Notes under the pieces: model-generated | Told to the model about the DNA's origin: nothing | The model's input: only the letters and a program-made list of their open reading frames with translations | Database searches by the model: none | Made by a program: the position numbers and the translations under genes | In this document: positions 16,273-26,619 of the stretch, piece by piece | Layout: each line of letters starts with the position of its first letter | Numbering within the stretch: the first letter of the stretch is position 1 | Origin: a virus | Lineage: Duplodnaviria; Heunggongvirae; Uroviricota; Caudoviricetes | Virus record (IMG/VR): IMGVR_UViG_2541047758_000014 | Length of the DNA stretch: 36,632 nucleotides | Direction: 5' to 3' (one strand)

Positions 16273-17325
16273 ATGAATCTGGTGATGTCAGATATTACCC
16301 GCAACAAGCTGGGTTGCTATATGGCGCAGCAGGCGTCGCTTAATAATATTCCGGTTTCCGCACTGGTATCGCGATTTACCGTGGAACCCTCGGTGCAGCA
16401 GCGTTTTGAAAACGCCTCAAAGGAAAGCACCGAATTTACAAAAAGAATTAACGTGATCGGCGTGACCGACCAGAAAGGCGAAAAAATCCTCCTGGACACC
16501 ACCGGGCCAATTGCACGCACGAATACCAGTTATGACGGCACAAAACGCCGTAACCCGAATAACGTGGTTGATCTGAAAAAACGCAAATACCAGTGCGAAC
16601 AGGTGAACTACGACACGTTTATTTCATATCCGCAGCTTGATGCCTGGGCGGCACATCCTGATTTTCAGTCCCGCATCAGCGCACAGATTGCCCGACAGGT
16701 GGCGCTTGACCGCATCATGATCGGTTTCAACGGCACGTCTCACGCGGATGAGTCCAACTTCAGCACCAACAAGCTGCTTCAGGACGTTAACGTGGGATGG
16801 CTGGAGCACATCAGAACCGACGCCAGCGAACGCGTTATGAATGACGTGACGCTGACCTCCCGCAACATGGACAACACCGTGGCGCACGCGGGTAAGTATG
16901 CGAACGCTGATGCACTGGTACAGGACGCGCGTTCATCCCTGCTGGATGAATGGCACAAGGAAGCTGACGACCTTGTGGTGATTATGGGGCGCAACCTGTT
17001 TAACTCGCTGCGTCTGCCCGTGCTGAACAGCATCAGCGGCCAGAATCCCAATGCGGAATTACTTGCCGGGCAGCTCATCCTGTCATCGCGCACCATTGGC
17101 GGGCTGGGCGTGTTCCTTGCGCCGTTCTTCCCGGATGCAACGATGCTGATCACCTCATTCAACAACCTGTCGATTTACTGGCAGAAAGGTTCAATGCGTC
17201 GCCTGATGAAAGACGAACCGGAATACAACCGCATCGCCACCTACCAGTCCATCAATGACGCTTATGTCGTTGAAGACTATGGCAAGTGCGCGATGGTCAC
17301 TGGCCTGAAGTTCGCCGACAGCTAA
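16273..17325 (+). CDS. N: Major capsid protein (P2 gpN-like)
   Basis: 350 aa, immediately after the scaffold gene. Confidence 0.9.
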   Translation: MNLVMSDITRNKLGCYMAQQASLNNIPVSALVSRFTVEPSVQQRFENASKESTEFTKRINVIGVTDQKGEKILLDTTGPIARTNTSYDGTKRRNPNNVVDLKKRKYQCEQVNYDTFISYPQLDAWAAHPDFQSRISAQIARQVALDRIMIGFNGTSHADESNFSTNKLLQDVNVGWLEHIRTDASERVMNDVTLTSRNMDNTVAHAGKYANADALVQDARSSLLDEWHKEADDLVVIMGRNLFNSLRLPVLNSISGQNPNAELLAGQLILSSRTIGGLGVFLAPFFPDATMLITSFNNLSIYWQKGSMRRLMKDEPEYNRIATYQSINDAYVVEDYGKCAMVTGLKFADS

Positions 17326-17370
17326 TCAACTCACGGCGGGCATCATGCCCGCCTGTAACGGAGAGAAAAA

Positions 17371-18171
17371 ATGATTACTCCTGCACAGCAACACTGGCAG
17401 AACGTGATGGCACAGCGCGCAGGCCGGGCGAATGAAGGCGTGGACCACGCCGCGCGTACCGCGCATGAAGAGGTGCTGTATCGTCTGCGTCTGGCACAGG
17501 CCCGGCTTAAGGGCGTACAGGCCAGAAGCGCGAAAGCCGCCATCAAAAAAGAGTTGTTGCCGGACTTTTCCGGCTGGATTGAGGGAACGCTGGAGGCTGA
17601 CGGCGGGCAGCAGGATGAAGTGATTGCCACGCTGATGGTGTGGGCGATTGACTGCGGCGATCTTCCGCTGGCGCTGCGTATTGGTGCATATGTGGTCCGT
17701 CACAACCTCATCATGCCGGATAACTTTGGACGTACTGCCGCCACGGTACTGACCGAAGAAATCTGTAATCCGGTGCTGACGCAGGCCGGGACGGATGCCG
17801 ACGCGGATTTATCCGCCTTTATCGAACCACTGGACACACTTTGGGAAATTGTCGCCAACCAGGACATGCCGGACGAAGTGCGCGCCAAATTATGCAAGGC
17901 GTGTGCCTTTGCCCGTCGTGGCCTGACCGATGCGGACAGCATGGCCTCATCACTGAAGCTGCTGCGCGAAGCGATGCACCTGAACCCGAACGCAGGTGTG
18001 AAACGCGAGATTGCAACCCTTTCCCGCGCCCTGAAAAAAGCCGATTCCGCAGACGCATCAGAAGACGCCAGCGCACAGCAGGCGCAGGACGAAAGCAGCA
18101 AAAGTAAAAAGACAACGCGGAAACCTGCAACACGAAAAACCACCGCGACGCAGAAGGCGAAGCGCGGTTAA
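17371..18171 (+). CDS. M: Terminase small/endonuclease subunit (P2 gpM-like)
   Basis: 266 aa; position after N; basic Lys/Arg-rich C-terminal tail. Confidence 0.8.
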   Translation: MITPAQQHWQNVMAQRAGRANEGVDHAARTAHEEVLYRLRLAQARLKGVQARSAKAAIKKELLPDFSGWIEGTLEADGGQQDEVIATLMVWAIDCGDLPLALRIGAYVVRHNLIMPDNFGRTAATVLTEEICNPVLTQAGTDADADLSAFIEPLDTLWEIVANQDMPDEVRAKLCKACAFARRGLTDADSMASSLKLLREAMHLNPNAGVKREIATLSRALKKADSADASEDASAQQAQDESSKSKKTTRKPATRKTTATQKAKRG

Positions 18172-18264
18172 CGACTGACCCCGTCAGCGGGCGGCGTGCG
18201 CGGTGTTCCGGTTTGACTCCGTGACCGTTTACACCGCGCACCCACCGCCCGATTTTTTTCAGGA

Positions 18265-18768
18265 GTGAACCCCATGAGTATGGTTGCCAGAACTGAACCA
18301 GGACCCGCAGAGGACGACATCACCGATACCGATGATGGCGACACTCGCATTTCAGCAGGTGCATTCTGGCCGGATATTGTGCTGCGCGAGCTGCGTCTGG
18401 CGGTACGACTGCCGGGCCGCGTGACCACCTCCCGCCTGCTGCATACTGCCACCGGGGCTGTGGCACACGTTACCCGCGAGCTGGAAGCATGGCAGCAGGA
18501 ACAGCAGGCGGCTGGCCATCAGACGCTGGCCGATGTTCCGGCACCCGTAATTAACGGAGAAAGCGTCAATCTCTGGCACTGGCGCAATGCTGTTTATACC
18601 GCCACACGCGCCCTGATACTGGAGCGTTACCGCGATGCGGACACAACGGACAAGGGCGACCGCCGGGCGGACGCACTGGATATACAGACATCGGATTTGT
18701 GGCGCGATGTGAGCTGGGCCATCTCTGACATTCTGTGCCGCCCGCGAATCTTTGCGGAGTTGTGCTGA
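18265..18768 (+). CDS. L: Head completion/stabilisation protein (P2 gpL-like)
   Basis: 167 aa, position after M. Confidence 0.8.
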   Translation: MNPMSMVARTEPGPAEDDITDTDDGDTRISAGAFWPDIVLRELRLAVRLPGRVTTSRLLHTATGAVAHVTRELEAWQQEQQAAGHQTLADVPAPVINGESVNLWHWRNAVYTATRALILERYRDADTTDKGDRRADALDIQTSDLWRDVSWAISDILCRPRIFAELC

Positions 18769-18968
18769 TGAAAGTGAAGGCACTGGAAGGCGACACCGTG
18801 GATTCGCTCTGTTTCCGGTACTACGGCACGACGCAGGGCGTCACCGAAAAGGTGCTGGATGCCAACCCCGGACTCTGTCAGCAGGTATTTCTGGACGCCG
18901 GGCAGGAAGTGGAGATGCCGGAGCCGGAGAAGAAGAAACGAGAAATGATTCAGTTGTGGGGGGAGTAG
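18768..18968 (+). CDS. X: Tail protein X (P2 gpX-like)
   Basis: 66 aa from ATG 18768 (MKVKALEGDTVDSLCFRYYG...) inside track ORF 18735..18968. Confidence 0.7.
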   Translation: MKVKALEGDTVDSLCFRYYGTTQGVTEKVLDANPGLCQQVFLDAGQEVEMPEPEKKKREMIQLWGE

Positions 18969-18970
18969 CA

Positions 18971-19294
18971 GTGAGCACCATTCAAACAGGGATCACAGAG
19001 CAGGTTATTGCATGGCTCTTTGACCACCTGCCAACGGTGTATGCAGTAGGCGCGGCGGTCAGCATTTCCGCGCTGATGAGTCTTTATGACGGACGAACAC
19101 TGGTTCAGACCGTAACGGGATCGCTGGCGTGCGGCGTTCTTGCCATGGCCGTGGCCGGGTCGTTGCGCTTCTTCGGTTTTCCTGAAGATGCCGTGACGTT
19201 TATCGGCGCATCAATCGGTTTTATGGGGGCAGAGAAAGCACGCGACAAGGTTATTGCGGCCTTTAATCGCAGGGTGAAGGAGAAGGACGAATGA
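18971..19294 (+). CDS. Putative holin (three hydrophobic segments)
   Basis: GTG start at 18971 right after the X stop; 107 aa with three predicted TM segments; sits where P2 has holin Y. Confidence 0.5.
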   Translation: MSTIQTGITEQVIAWLFDHLPTVYAVGAAVSISALMSLYDGRTLVQTVTGSLACGVLAMAVAGSLRFFGFPEDAVTFIGASIGFMGAEKARDKVIAAFNRRVKEKDE

Positions 19295-19683
19295 GCAATA
19301 CATTTAAATTCAGCAGCCGGAGCGAAAAGAATTTGCAGGGCGTAAATCCTGATCTGGTGAAAGTGACCCGACGGGCACTGGAAATCTCGGAAGTGGATTT
19401 TGGTATCACCGAAGGGTTGCGCAGCCGTTACCGCCAGAAGCAACTTGTGGCCACGGGTAAGAGCCAGACCATGAACAGCCGCCACCTTACGGGGCATGCC
19501 GTGGATGTTGTGGCTTATATCGGCAGCCAGGTGTCATGGGAATGGCCGCTGTACGAAAAAATCGCAGCAGCATTCAGACAGGCCAGCCGGGAACTGAATA
19601 TTCCGGTGGAATGGGGCGGCGACTGGAAGACCCTGAAAGACGGACCGCATTTTCAGTTACCACACGGAGCCTATCCGGCATGA
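19291..19683 (+). CDS. Endolysin, peptidase M15 (L-alanyl-D-glutamate endopeptidase)-like
   Basis: 130 aa; SRHLTGHAVDV and following His/Asp fit the M15 zinc-binding pattern; lysis-cassette position. Confidence 0.7.
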   Translation: MSNTFKFSSRSEKNLQGVNPDLVKVTRRALEISEVDFGITEGLRSRYRQKQLVATGKSQTMNSRHLTGHAVDVVAYIGSQVSWEWPLYEKIAAAFRQASRELNIPVEWGGDWKTLKDGPHFQLPHGAYPA

Positions 19684-20087
19684 AGCTCTGGCCCACGCTG
19701 GGCGTCGCTTTCCTTCTGATTGCCGCATGGGGAACATCCATGCGTCTGTCGTGGTCGCTGGGCCGGGAGAACGCCAGAAACGAAGCGCAGGCCAGCGCCC
19801 TGAAACGTACCGTCGACACCCTGAATATCATCAGCGCCGGGGTACAGGATATGCAGCAGGTGCTGGCGCAACTCCGCGTGGAAAATCAACAGCGAAATCA
19901 GGACGGAGAGGCCAGACGTGAACAGCTACGCAACGATATTGCAAAAGATGAATGCGCCCACGCTTTGCCTGACGCTCGTTTTACTGACAGGTTGCGCAGG
20001 CACGCAGAACGCGCCACGGCCAGCGCCGTCAGTCCGGCTTATACCGCAGACGCTGACCATACCGGTAACGCCTCCCCCCTTCCCTGA
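19680..20087 (+). CDS. Rz/LysB-like inner-membrane spanin
   Basis: Start at ATG 19680 (MKLWPTLGVAFLLIAAWG...), N-terminal TM then coiled coil; inside track ORF 19536..20087. Confidence 0.6.
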   Translation: MKLWPTLGVAFLLIAAWGTSMRLSWSLGRENARNEAQASALKRTVDTLNIISAGVQDMQQVLAQLRVENQQRNQDGEARREQLRNDIAKDECAHALPDARFTDRLRRHAERATASAVSPAYTADADHTGNASPLP

Positions 20088-20238
20088 CACTCCCACATGG
20101 GGAAATCTCGGTATATGGGGCGACCGCCTTCTGGATGCACTGGAAACCTGTAACGCGGATAAACGGGCCATTGAATTACTGGAACAGCGCAGGCTGCAAC
20201 GACTGAACAACGAGGATAACAACCATGCTGAAAACTGA
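19948..20238 (+). CDS. Rz1/LysC-like outer-membrane lipoprotein spanin (overlapping frame)
   Basis: MNAPTLCLTLVLLTGCAG lipobox, Pro-rich; overlaps the 3' end of the Rz-like gene in another frame. Confidence 0.55.
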   Translation: MNAPTLCLTLVLLTGCAGTQNAPRPAPSVRLIPQTLTIPVTPPPFPDTPTWGNLGIWGDRLLDALETCNADKRAIELLEQRRLQRLNNEDNNHAEN

Positions 20239-20692
20239 TTCCCTGCGTGAAGCCATGACCCGTTCATGCCGATGGTGTCAGGCCAACCCGGAAAAATTCA
20301 CCATTTTCGTGGAGAGCGGCAACATTGAAACGACAGGAGAAACCCCATCGTTTGTTTACCGCTATCAGATGGTGATGTTTGTCATGGATTACGCCGGGGG
20401 GCTGGATGACCTCACGCTGCCGCTGCTGGCGTGGTTATCCGAAAATCAGCCACAGTTGTTGCTCAACCCTGAGCGTAATCAGGACATCAAATTCTCCGCC
20501 GTTATCAATGACGATGACAGCGCCGACCTCCTGTTTACGCTCCCCCTGCGGGAACGCATTCGCATCACGCGCAACAGTCAGGGCACACCGCAGGCAGAAC
20601 ACCTGCCGGAGCCAAAACCCCGTCTGCCCTCTTCCAAAGGCGACTGGTCGCATGTATTCCAGGATGTGACGTGGGGTGAAAGCGATGGATAA
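20225..20692 (+). CDS. R: Tail completion protein (P2 gpR-like)
   Basis: 155 aa, position after the lysis cassette. Confidence 0.8.
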   Translation: MLKTDSLREAMTRSCRWCQANPEKFTIFVESGNIETTGETPSFVYRYQMVMFVMDYAGGLDDLTLPLLAWLSENQPQLLLNPERNQDIKFSAVINDDDSADLLFTLPLRERIRITRNSQGTPQAEHLPEPKPRLPSSKGDWSHVFQDVTWGESDG

Positions 20693-21320
20693 GGCATTCA
20701 CCCGCGTGGATGAAACCTTTGAGGCCATCCGCGACAGCCTGAATCAGCAGGCCATCAATAACATCGCCAGAAAGCTGGCACAGGATTTACGCCGCGCCCA
20801 GCAGGCGCGTATCCGGTCACAGAAAGCGCCGGACGGGACCGCGTGGACACCACGCAGACGCCGCGTAACCCGGATACAGGAACGCATTCGCTTTATCTGG
20901 AATAACGAAGCACGCACGCTGAAAAACTGGCATCACGACACGGGGAAATACGGGCGAACCATTACCGGGTGGGATGAGGATAAAAACAATATCCGCACGT
21001 TTTACCGGGATGACATCGACCGTTTTCTGGAAATACGCACCCGGCGCATCAACCAGGACAGCACAAAGCGCGTCCCCATGTTCGTAAAACTGCGCACCGC
21101 CCGCTACCTGAAAGCCCGTGCAGATGCTTCCGGTGTGACGGTGGGTTACAGCGGCGTGGCCGCACGTATTGCCCGCGTTCATCAGTTCGGTGAGCGCGAT
21201 CAGGTTGCGCCGGGCATTTTCACCGATTACCCGGTACGTGAGCTGCTGGGTATCAGCCAGGCAGATGAGCGCCTGATTTATAACACGGTGCTGGGCCGGA
21301 TTGCGGAGGCTGTACGGTGA
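20676..21320 (+). CDS. S: Tail completion / virion morphogenesis protein (P2 gpS-like)
   Basis: 214 aa, overlaps the R stop; start could also be the ATG at 20685. Confidence 0.75.
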   Translation: MKAMDKAFTRVDETFEAIRDSLNQQAINNIARKLAQDLRRAQQARIRSQKAPDGTAWTPRRRRVTRIQERIRFIWNNEARTLKNWHHDTGKYGRTITGWDEDKNNIRTFYRDDIDRFLEIRTRRINQDSTKRVPMFVKLRTARYLKARADASGVTVGYSGVAARIARVHQFGERDQVAPGIFTDYPVRELLGISQADERLIYNTVLGRIAEAVR

Positions 21321-21898
21321 GCGCAGAACTCATGCGACTGCTGAGCAATATCATCCGCACCGGGATCATCTCTGAAGTTGATGAGAAGTCCTGGCGCGTG
21401 CGCGTTCGCAGCGGCGAACTGGAAACAGGATGGTTGCGCTGGAACACCACGCGCGCGGGAGCTTTCAATGTGTGGCTGCCGCCATCACCCGGCGAACAGG
21501 TGGTAATTGCCTGCATTGGCGGCAACCCGGAAACCGCCATGATAATTGGCAGCCTGTGGAGTGATGCCAATCCGGCACCCGGCAAAAGCCTGAAAGAAAT
21601 CGTGGTCAGCGCGCCGGATGGCGCGGTGTTCAGCTACGACGCGGACGCAGGCGCACTGAGCGCCAGCGGCATGAAAACGGCCACTTTACAGGCATCCGTC
21701 AGCGTGACACTGGACACGCCCGTCGTGGAATGCACAGACCTTCTGAGAACGGCGACGCTTGACGTCACAAAAGGGGGAAAGATGAGCGGCAATATCACGC
21801 ACAGCGGCGGCAATTTCACCTCAAACGGCATTACCGTGCATACGCATAAACACGGTGGCGTGAAAGGTGGCAGCGATTCGACAGGAGGCCCGCAGTGA
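21317..21898 (+). CDS. V: Baseplate spike protein (P2 gpV-like)
   Basis: 193 aa; GTG start at 21317 (or ATG at 21332); Gly-rich C-terminus. Confidence 0.8.
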   Translation: MSAELMRLLSNIIRTGIISEVDEKSWRVRVRSGELETGWLRWNTTRAGAFNVWLPPSPGEQVVIACIGGNPETAMIIGSLWSDANPAPGKSLKEIVVSAPDGAVFSYDADAGALSASGMKTATLQASVSVTLDTPVVECTDLLRTATLDVTKGGKMSGNITHSGGNFTSNGITVHTHKHGGVKGGSDSTGGPQ

Positions 21899-22245
21899 CA
21901 ACCCGCTACACAGGAATGAACCCGGACGGAACGGGAAACCTGAACGATATGGAGCACCTGAAACAGTCAGTCAGGGACATCCTGACCACCCCGCTGGCAA
22001 GCCGGGTTATGCGACGGGAATATGGCAGCCTTGTGCCTGATTTGATTGACGAACCCATGAATAACACCACGCGTCTGCAATGCATGAGTGCTGCCGTGAT
22101 TGCGCTGACACGATGGGAACCCCGCATTGCCCTGGATGCCATCGACGTTGTCTGGAAAGCGGGAGGCCGCGCCGGGGTGACGCTGTCGGGCACTGTCATG
22201 CAGACCATGCAGAATGTTGAATTAACCATCACGCTGAGGGAGTAA
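21895..22245 (+). CDS. W: Baseplate wedge protein (P2 gpW-like)
   Basis: 116 aa, translationally coupled to V. Confidence 0.8.
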   Translation: MTTRYTGMNPDGTGNLNDMEHLKQSVRDILTTPLASRVMRREYGSLVPDLIDEPMNNTTRLQCMSAAVIALTRWEPRIALDAIDVVWKAGGRAGVTLSGTVMQTMQNVELTITLRE

Positions 22246-22248
22246 ATC

Positions 22249-23145
22249 ATGCCCGCCGTTGACCTTTCACAGTTACCGGAACCCGCCATCATCGCGGAGC
22301 CTGACTTTGAGGCAATTCTGGCTGACACAAAGGCCATGATGATTGCGTCCTATCCTGCCGAACAGCGTGAAGCCGTCTCCGCCGCGCTGGAGCTGGAATC
22401 AGAACCCCTGAACGTTATCGCTCAAACCATGTCGTTTCGTGAAATGCTGTTACGCCAGCGGGTTAACGAGGGCGCACGCGCCTGCATGTTAAGCCACGGT
22501 TCAGGGACAAACCTGGACAACCTCGCGGGCAATATGAACACAAAGCGCCTGGTTATCACTCCGGCAACGGATACCACCGACGCGGTGATGGAGAGCGACA
22601 CCTCGCTGAGACTGCGGGCGCAGCGGGCGTACGACGGCCTGAGTGTTGCTGGCCCGTCAGGTGCATACGAGTATTTTGCCCGCAGCGCCAGCGGTCTGGT
22701 GCGTGATGCGCGGGCTATCAGTCCGTCTCCGGCAAATGTGACGGTTTCCATCCTGTCCACTGAAGGCGACGGCACGGCAACGGAGGCGTTGCTTAATACC
22801 GTTCGCGCCGTTCTGAATGCAGAGGATACCCGCCCGGTGGCCGACCGCCTGACCGTACAGAGCGCCAGCATCGTGACATGGCGGCTGAATGCAAAACTGT
22901 ACTTTTACCCCGGTCCGGAATCCGAACCTATTCTGGCCGCGGCGGAATCGTCATTCAGGAAGTGGCTGGCTGAACAGGGGCTTATCGGTCAGGACGTGGC
23001 GTTGTCCGCCATTGCTGCCGCACTGCATGTGCACGGTGTGCAACGCGTGGAGATAATCGAACCCACACAGAATATGTCCATCAGCGACATACAGGCGGCG
23101 CGCTGTGAGTCATTCACCATCAGCGAAGGTGGGCGTAATGAGTAA
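22249..23145 (+). CDS. J: Baseplate protein (P2 gpJ-like)
   Basis: 298 aa. Confidence 0.85.
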   Translation: MPAVDLSQLPEPAIIAEPDFEAILADTKAMMIASYPAEQREAVSAALELESEPLNVIAQTMSFREMLLRQRVNEGARACMLSHGSGTNLDNLAGNMNTKRLVITPATDTTDAVMESDTSLRLRAQRAYDGLSVAGPSGAYEYFARSASGLVRDARAISPSPANVTVSILSTEGDGTATEALLNTVRAVLNAEDTRPVADRLTVQSASIVTWRLNAKLYFYPGPESEPILAAAESSFRKWLAEQGLIGQDVALSAIAAALHVHGVQRVEIIEPTQNMSISDIQAARCESFTISEGGRNE

Positions 23146-23668
23146 TTCACTGTTACCGCCATCAGCCAGCAATTTCATGCGTTGTGCCGAAGCTGTCGGA
23201 ACGCGCATTACAGACATCCCGGTAGACCTCAACACGCTGTGGTCGCCGGACACCTGCCCGGTGCACCTGCTGCCTTATCTCGCCTGGGCATTTTCCGTTG
23301 ACCGCTGGGATCGCAACTGGCCGGAAGAGACAAAACGACAGGTGATTCGTGATGCATGGCTGATACACCGACACAAGGGAACCATCAGCGCACTGCGCCG
23401 GGCCATTGAGCCGCTGGGATACCTCATTCGTGTGTCTGAGTGGTGGGAGTTCGGCGGAGAACCGGGAACATTTACCGTTGAAGTGGGCACGCTGGACAGT
23501 GGCGTGACGGAGGAAATGTATCTGGAAATGGAGCGGTTGATTGCTGATGCCCGCCCGGTCAGCCGCCACATGACAGGGCTGAATATCATTCAGGAGATCC
23601 CTGGAGATATTTTCGCGGCGGCAGCAACTTACGACGGTGAAGTCATTACCATTTATCCGGACGATTAA
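23138..23668 (+). CDS. I: Baseplate protein (P2 gpI-like)
   Basis: 176 aa from ATG 23138 (MSNSLLPPSAS...) inside track ORF 23105..23668. Confidence 0.8.
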   Translation: MSNSLLPPSASNFMRCAEAVGTRITDIPVDLNTLWSPDTCPVHLLPYLAWAFSVDRWDRNWPEETKRQVIRDAWLIHRHKGTISALRRAIEPLGYLIRVSEWWEFGGEPGTFTVEVGTLDSGVTEEMYLEMERLIADARPVSRHMTGLNIIQEIPGDIFAAAATYDGEVITIYPDD

Positions 23669-23670
23669 GC

Positions 23671-25524
23671 ATGAGTACCACAACACGAAAATTTAAAACC
23701 GTTATCACCGATACGGGTGCAAAAAAATTAGCGCAGGCAGCCGCGCCAGATGGTAAGCCTGTCCGCCTGACTCATATGGCCGTGGGCGACGGTGGCGGTA
23801 CATTGCCCACACCTGACAGTAAGCAGACCCGTCTGGTGCATGAGGTGTGGCGACATACTGTTAATCGCGTCATCCTGGACGCAACACATCAGAACCGCAT
23901 TATTGCAGAGCTGGTTATTCCTCCTGAAACGGGCGGATTCTGGATCCGGGAAATTGGTGTATTTGATGAGCACGGCGATTTAATCGCGGTGGGCAATACT
24001 GCCGAAAGTTACAAGCCAGCCGTTGCCGAAGGGTCCGGTCGTGCACAAACATTTCGCACCATTCTGACCGTATCCAGCACAGCCACCGTGGCGCTTACCG
24101 TGGATAACACCATGGTGATGGCCACAGTGGATTACGTGGATGACAAACTGAAAGAGCATGAACAGTCACGACGTCACCCGGACGCCTCGCTGACCGCAAA
24201 AGGCTTTGTTCAACTCAGTAGCGCCACCAACAGCGCGTCTGAAACGCAGGCTGCAACGCCGAAAGCAGTAAAGGCCGCGTATGACCTTGCTAACGCAAAA
24301 TATACCGCTCAGGACGCCACGACGGCACAAAAAGGGATAGTCCAGCTCAGTAGTGCCACCAACAGCACGTCTGAAACACTGGCCGCGACATCGAAAGCGG
24401 TTAAGGCGGTAATGGATGAAACGAACAAGAAAGCGCCCTTAAACAGTCCTGCGCTGACCGGAACGCCAACAACGCCAACTGCGCGACAGGGAACGAATAA
24501 TACCCAAATCGCAAGCACGGCTTTCGTTATGGCTGCGATTGCCGCCCTTGTAGATTCGTCACCTGACGCACTGAATACGCTGAACGAGTTAGCGGCGGCG
24601 CTGGGAAACGACCCGAATTTTGCGACCACCATGACTAACGCGCTTGCGGGTAAGCAACCGAAAGATGCCACCCTGACGGCGCTGGCCGGGCTTGCTACTG
24701 CGGCAGACAGGTTTCCGTATTTTACGGGGAATGATGTCGCCAGCCTGGCACCCCTGACAAAAGTCGGGCGGGATATTCTTGCGAAATCGACCGTTGCTGC
24801 CGTTATCGAATACCTCGGTTTACGAGAACTCGGCACAAGCGGGGAGAAAATACCGTTACTCAGTACAGCGAATACCTGGACCAATCGACAAACATTCAGC
24901 GGTGGCCTTTCTGGGGAACTGTCCGGCAATGCCGCTACTGCAACAAAGCTGAAAACAGCACGAAAAATTGCTGGAGTTGGTTTTGATGGTTCTAGCGATA
25001 TTTCAATTAGTGCCAAAAATGTCAATGCATTTGCACTCCGACAAACAGGTAATACTGTTAATGGTGATACATCCGTTGGATGGAATTGGGATAGTGGTGC
25101 ATATAACGCCATGATTGGTGGTGCATCTGCATTAATTCTTCACTTTAATATAAATGCTGGTAGCTGTCCTGCCGTACAATTCCGTGTGAATTATAAAAAT
25201 GGTGGCATTTCCTACAGGTCGGCTCGTGATGGTTATGGGTTTGAATTAGGTTGGTCAGATTTCTATACCACGACACGAAAACCTTCAGCGGGAGATGTTG
25301 GTGCATATACGCGGGCAGAATGTAACTCAAGGTTTATTACAGGTATTCGCCTTGGCGGTCTGTCATCTGTTCAGACATGGAATGGTCCCGGCTGGTCTGA
25401 CAGGTCAGGTTATGTCGTTACGGGTTCAGTTAACGGAAACCGTGATGAATTAATTGATAAAACACAGGCAAGGCCAATTCAGTATTGCATTAATGGGACG
25501 TGGTATAACGCGGGGAGTATTTAA
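23671..25524 (+). CDS. H: Tail fibre protein (P2 gpH-like); variable C-terminal part lies on the invertible segment
   Basis: 617 aa; internal duplication QLSSATNS-SET-AAT-KAVKA; C-terminus RPIQYCINGTWYNAGSI parallels the alternative cassette on the other strand. Confidence 0.85.
   Translation: MSTTTRKFKTVITDTGAKKLAQAAAPDGKPVRLTHMAVGDGGGTLPTPDSKQTRLVHEVWRHTVNRVILDATHQNRIIAELVIPPETGGFWIREIGVFDEHGDLIAVGNTAESYKPAVAEGSGRAQTFRTILTVSSTATVALTVDNTMVMATVDYVDDKLKEHEQSRRHPDASLTAKGFVQLSSATNSASETQAATPKAVKAAYDLANAKYTAQDATTAQKGIVQLSSATNSTSETLAATSKAVKAVMDETNKKAPLNSPALTGTPTTPTARQGTNNTQIASTAFVMAAIAALVDSSPDALNTLNELAAALGNDPNFATTMTNALAGKQPKDATLTALAGLATAADRFPYFTGNDVASLAPLTKVGRDILAKSTVAAVIEYLGLRELGTSGEKIPLLSTANTWTNRQTFSGGLSGELSGNAATATKLKTARKIAGVGFDGSSDISISAKNVNAFALRQTGNTVNGDTSVGWNWDSGAYNAMIGGASALILHFNINAGSCPAVQFRVNYKNGGISYRSARDGYGFELGWSDFYTTTRKPSAGDVGAYTRAECNSRFITGIRLGGLSSVQTWNGPGWSDRSGYVVTGSVNGNRDELIDKTQARPIQYCINGTWYNAGSI
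24802..24827. other. gix/hix-like crossover site inside H (left end of invertible segment)
   Basis: ttatcgaatacctcggtttacgagaa matches the reverse complement of the 27481..27506 site at 21 of 26 positions with a perfect 11-bp core cctcggtttac. Confidence 0.7.
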
Positions 25525-25526
25525 CG

Positions 25527-26060
25527 ATGATGCACTTAAAAAACATTACTGCTGGCAACCCTAAAACAAAAGAGCAATACCAGCTAACAAAGCAATTTAA
25601 CATCAAATGGCTTTATTCAGATGATGGAAAAAACTGGTATGAGGAACAAAAGAATTTCCAGCCAGACACTTTGAAAATGGTCTATGACCATAACGGCGTT
25701 ATTATTTGTATTGAAAAGGATGTTTCAGCAATTAATCCGGAAGGCGCAAGCGTCGTTGAATTACCTGATATTACAGCAAATCGCCGGGCTGATATTTCGG
25801 GGAAATGGTTGTTCAAAGATGGCGTAGTGATAAAGCGAACTTATACCGAGGAAGAGCAGAGGCAACAAGCGGAAAATGAAAAGCAAAGCCTGTTGCAACT
25901 TGTCAGGGATAAAACCCAGCTATGGGACTCACAGCTACGGCTGGGCATCATTTCCGACGAGAATAAACAAAAATTAACCGAGTGGATGCTCTATGCGCAG
26001 AAAGTCGAATCTACAGACACCTCCAGCCTGCCAGTAACGTTTCCCGAACAACCAGAATGA
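25527..26060 (+). CDS. G: Tail fibre assembly protein (P2 gpG-like)
   Basis: 177 aa; N-terminus [22 protein letters not shown] conserved with the inverted copy. Confidence 0.8.
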   Translation: MMHLKNITAGNPKTKEQYQLTKQFNIKWLYSDDGKNWYEEQKNFQPDTLKMVYDHNGVIICIEKDVSAINPEGASVVELPDITANRRADISGKWLFKDGVVIKRTYTEEEQRQQAENEKQSLLQLVRDKTQLWDSQLRLGIISDENKQKLTEWMLYAQKVESTDTSSLPVTFPEQPE

Positions 26061-26062
26061 GA

Positions 26063-26090
26063 GAAGGCCCGATATTGGGCCTTAATTTTT
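26063..26090. terminator. Bidirectional hairpin between convergent G and G'
   Basis: aaggccc-gatatt-gggcctt at 26064..26083 followed by aattttt. Confidence 0.5.
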
Positions 26091-26616
26091 ACTCAGGCTT
26101 TTGTGGCCATTCGGGATTTGCTGTATCCACACGGCTGACCAGAACGCTGTAGCGTTCCCATGACTCCAGTCGTGTGCGTTCCTCATCCGTCGCCATATTC
26201 AGCCTGACAGCGCGTTCCAGTGGCTGAATAACGCTTTCAGCTTCAGAAAGCAACGCGACCTTTTGTGATTCGGCCTGTTGTTGCTGTTCGTCTGCTGTAT
26301 AAATCCGCTTAACCACAGTTCCGTTCTTAAACATCCACTTCCCTGAATCATCGGCACGACGATTGGCTGTTATATCTGGAATCTCAACGACACTAAAGCC
26401 TTCGGGATTAAGCGTTGAGGCATCTTTGGTTATGGCAACAATAATATTATTTTCGTCGTATACAATCTTTATGGTGTCGTCCTGAAAGTTATTTACTTCC
26501 TCATACCAGTTTTTACCGTCTTCGGACCATAACCAGATAACATCAAAATTCTTTGTTAGCTGATATTGTTCTTTTGTTTTTGGATTTCCGGACTTAATAT
26601 TTTTTAAATGCTGCAT
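26089..26616 (-). CDS. Alternative tail fibre assembly protein (G')
   Basis: 175 aa; [24 protein letters not shown]... paralogous to G, opposite strand. Confidence 0.8.
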   Translation of the reverse strand: MQHLKNIKSGNPKTKEQYQLTKNFDVIWLWSEDGKNWYEEVNNFQDDTIKIVYDENNIIVAITKDASTLNPEGFSVVEIPDITANRRADDSGKWMFKNGTVVKRIYTADEQQQQAESQKVALLSEAESVIQPLERAVRLNMATDEERTRLESWERYSVLVSRVDTANPEWPQKPE

Positions 26617-26619
26617 AAT

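Noticed and set aside
24309-25112. 267-aa minus-strand ORF inside tail fibre gene H
   Set aside because: Antisense to H; Ala/Ser/Val-rich, no independent support.
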